Below are positions 63,068 through 64,000 of a stretch of DNA of 64,000 nt, in pieces (within the stretch, counting starts at the first letter, position 1; each line of letters begins with the position of its first letter). The notes beneath the pieces were generated by a model, which saw only the letters and a list, made by a program, of their open reading frames with translations, did no database searches and had not been told where the DNA came from. Made by a program: the position numbers and the translations under genes. The stretch is from Hemiscyllium ocellatum (taxonomy: Eukaryota): the NCBI RefSeq assembly GCF_020745735.1, contig NC_083409.1, forward strand, positions 5,755,534-5,819,533, written 5' to 3'.

Positions 63068-63155
63068 CTGCTCCTGCTGCAGCCTGAGCCGAAGCACACG
63101 CTGTCTTCGACGGATGGATAGCATCTTGTCATCTTCTCCCTTGTCTCGAATGCAT
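63068..63155 (-). pseudogene. CEP350: CEP350 exon CIRDKGEDDKMLSIRRRQRVLRLRLQQEQ with mutated donor
   Basis: 88 nt; cf. recalled human HLRDKGEDDKMPPLRKKQRGLLLRLQQEK; donor reads CTATGA instead of GT. Confidence 0.85.
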
Positions 63156-63189
63156 CTGGTTAGAGAACATGGCAAAGTCACATGAACTT

Positions 63190-64000
63190 AGAACATGAAC
63201 ATTACAGCACACGACAGGCACATTGGCCGTCAATGTTGCACCGACCTGCAGAACCAATCTGAATCCTATCTATCCTACACTATTCCATTTTCATCCATAT
63301 GTTTATCCAATGACCACTTAAATGCTATTGAAGTTGATGAGTCCACTACTGTTGCAGGCAGTGTGTTCTACACCCCTACCACTCTGAGTAAAGGAATTAC
63401 CTCTGACATCTGTCCTATATCTATCCCCTCGCAATTTAAAGCTATGACCCCTCCGCCTAGCCATCACCATCTGGGGAAAAAAGGCTCTCTCTGTCCACCT
63501 TATCTAACCCTCTGATTATCTTATATGTCTCAATTAAACCAACCTTCTTCTCTCTCACGGAAACAGCCATAACTCCCTCAGCCTTTCCTCATAAGACCTT
63601 GCCTCCGTCCCAGGTAACATCCTTGTAAATCGCCCCGTACCCTTTTCAAAGCTTCCACATCCTTTCTATAATGCAGTAATCAGAACTACACGCAATACTC
63701 TGTGTGTGGCCACACTAGGGTTTTGTACAGCTGCAACATACCTTGTGGCTCAAACTCAATCCTTCTACCAATAAAATCTAACAAACCGTATGCGTTCCTA
63801 ACAACCCTATAAACCTGGGTGGCAAATTTCAGTGATCTACACAAGGACATCGAGATCTCTCTGCTCATCTATACTACCAAGAATCTTACCATTAGCCCAG
63901 TACTCCTTATTATTATTGCTCCTTCTGACCTGAATCACCTCACACTTTTCTGCATTAAACTCCATTTGACACCAATCAGCCCAGCTCTGCAGCTTATCTA
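63190..64000 (-). mobile_element. CR1-type 3' fragment
   Basis: FATQVYRVVRNAYGLLDFIGRRIEF...QLYKTLVWPHTEYCV. Confidence 0.85.

Larger units (their letters stand above)
42836..63155 (-). pseudogene. CEP350: CEP350 (centrosomal protein 350) unprocessed partial pseudogene, 3' half with internal deletion
   Basis: Eight exons in CEP350 order, listed separately; splice-site mutations, 1-nt deletions and CpG-type substitutions. Confidence 0.88.

Overview
Eukaryotic, repeat-rich DNA. The tRNA-derived HE1/V-SINE-type SINEs, CR1, L2-like, L1, Tx1-like and Penelope-type repeats, plus a shark-type Ig light-chain exon, point to a cartilaginous fish. Most entries in the ORF track are LINE debris or chance ORFs; the real genes are short spliced exons that had to be read by hand. 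(1) An orphan Ig kappa-type (shark type III/NS4-like) constant exon at 15662-15984 (+). It is open, but its second canonical Cys is displaced, and no V, J or RSS was found nearby. (2) An RNase L-like kinase-extension nuclease (KEN) gene remnant on the minus strand, with two open, phase-compatible exons (32140-32016 and 23830-23713) that keep the D-L-L-K-x-I-R-N-L-x-x-H motif. A stop-containing twin sits on the plus strand at 2589-2713 inside a ~6 kb inverted segmental duplication (1-6559 vs 28540-34305). (3) A decayed, internally deleted, unprocessed CEP350 3'-half pseudogene (eight exons, 63155-42836, minus). Other features: a stack of four Tx1-like 3' ends punctuated by a repeated 14-bp target-like motif ~350 bp past the Ig exon, a solo LTR with a 5-bp TSD, a near-canonical minimal hammerhead ribozyme and several hammerhead relics. 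Protein-family assignments come from manual translation and recalled reference sequences, not database searches. Repeat borders are approximate (about +/-30 bp).
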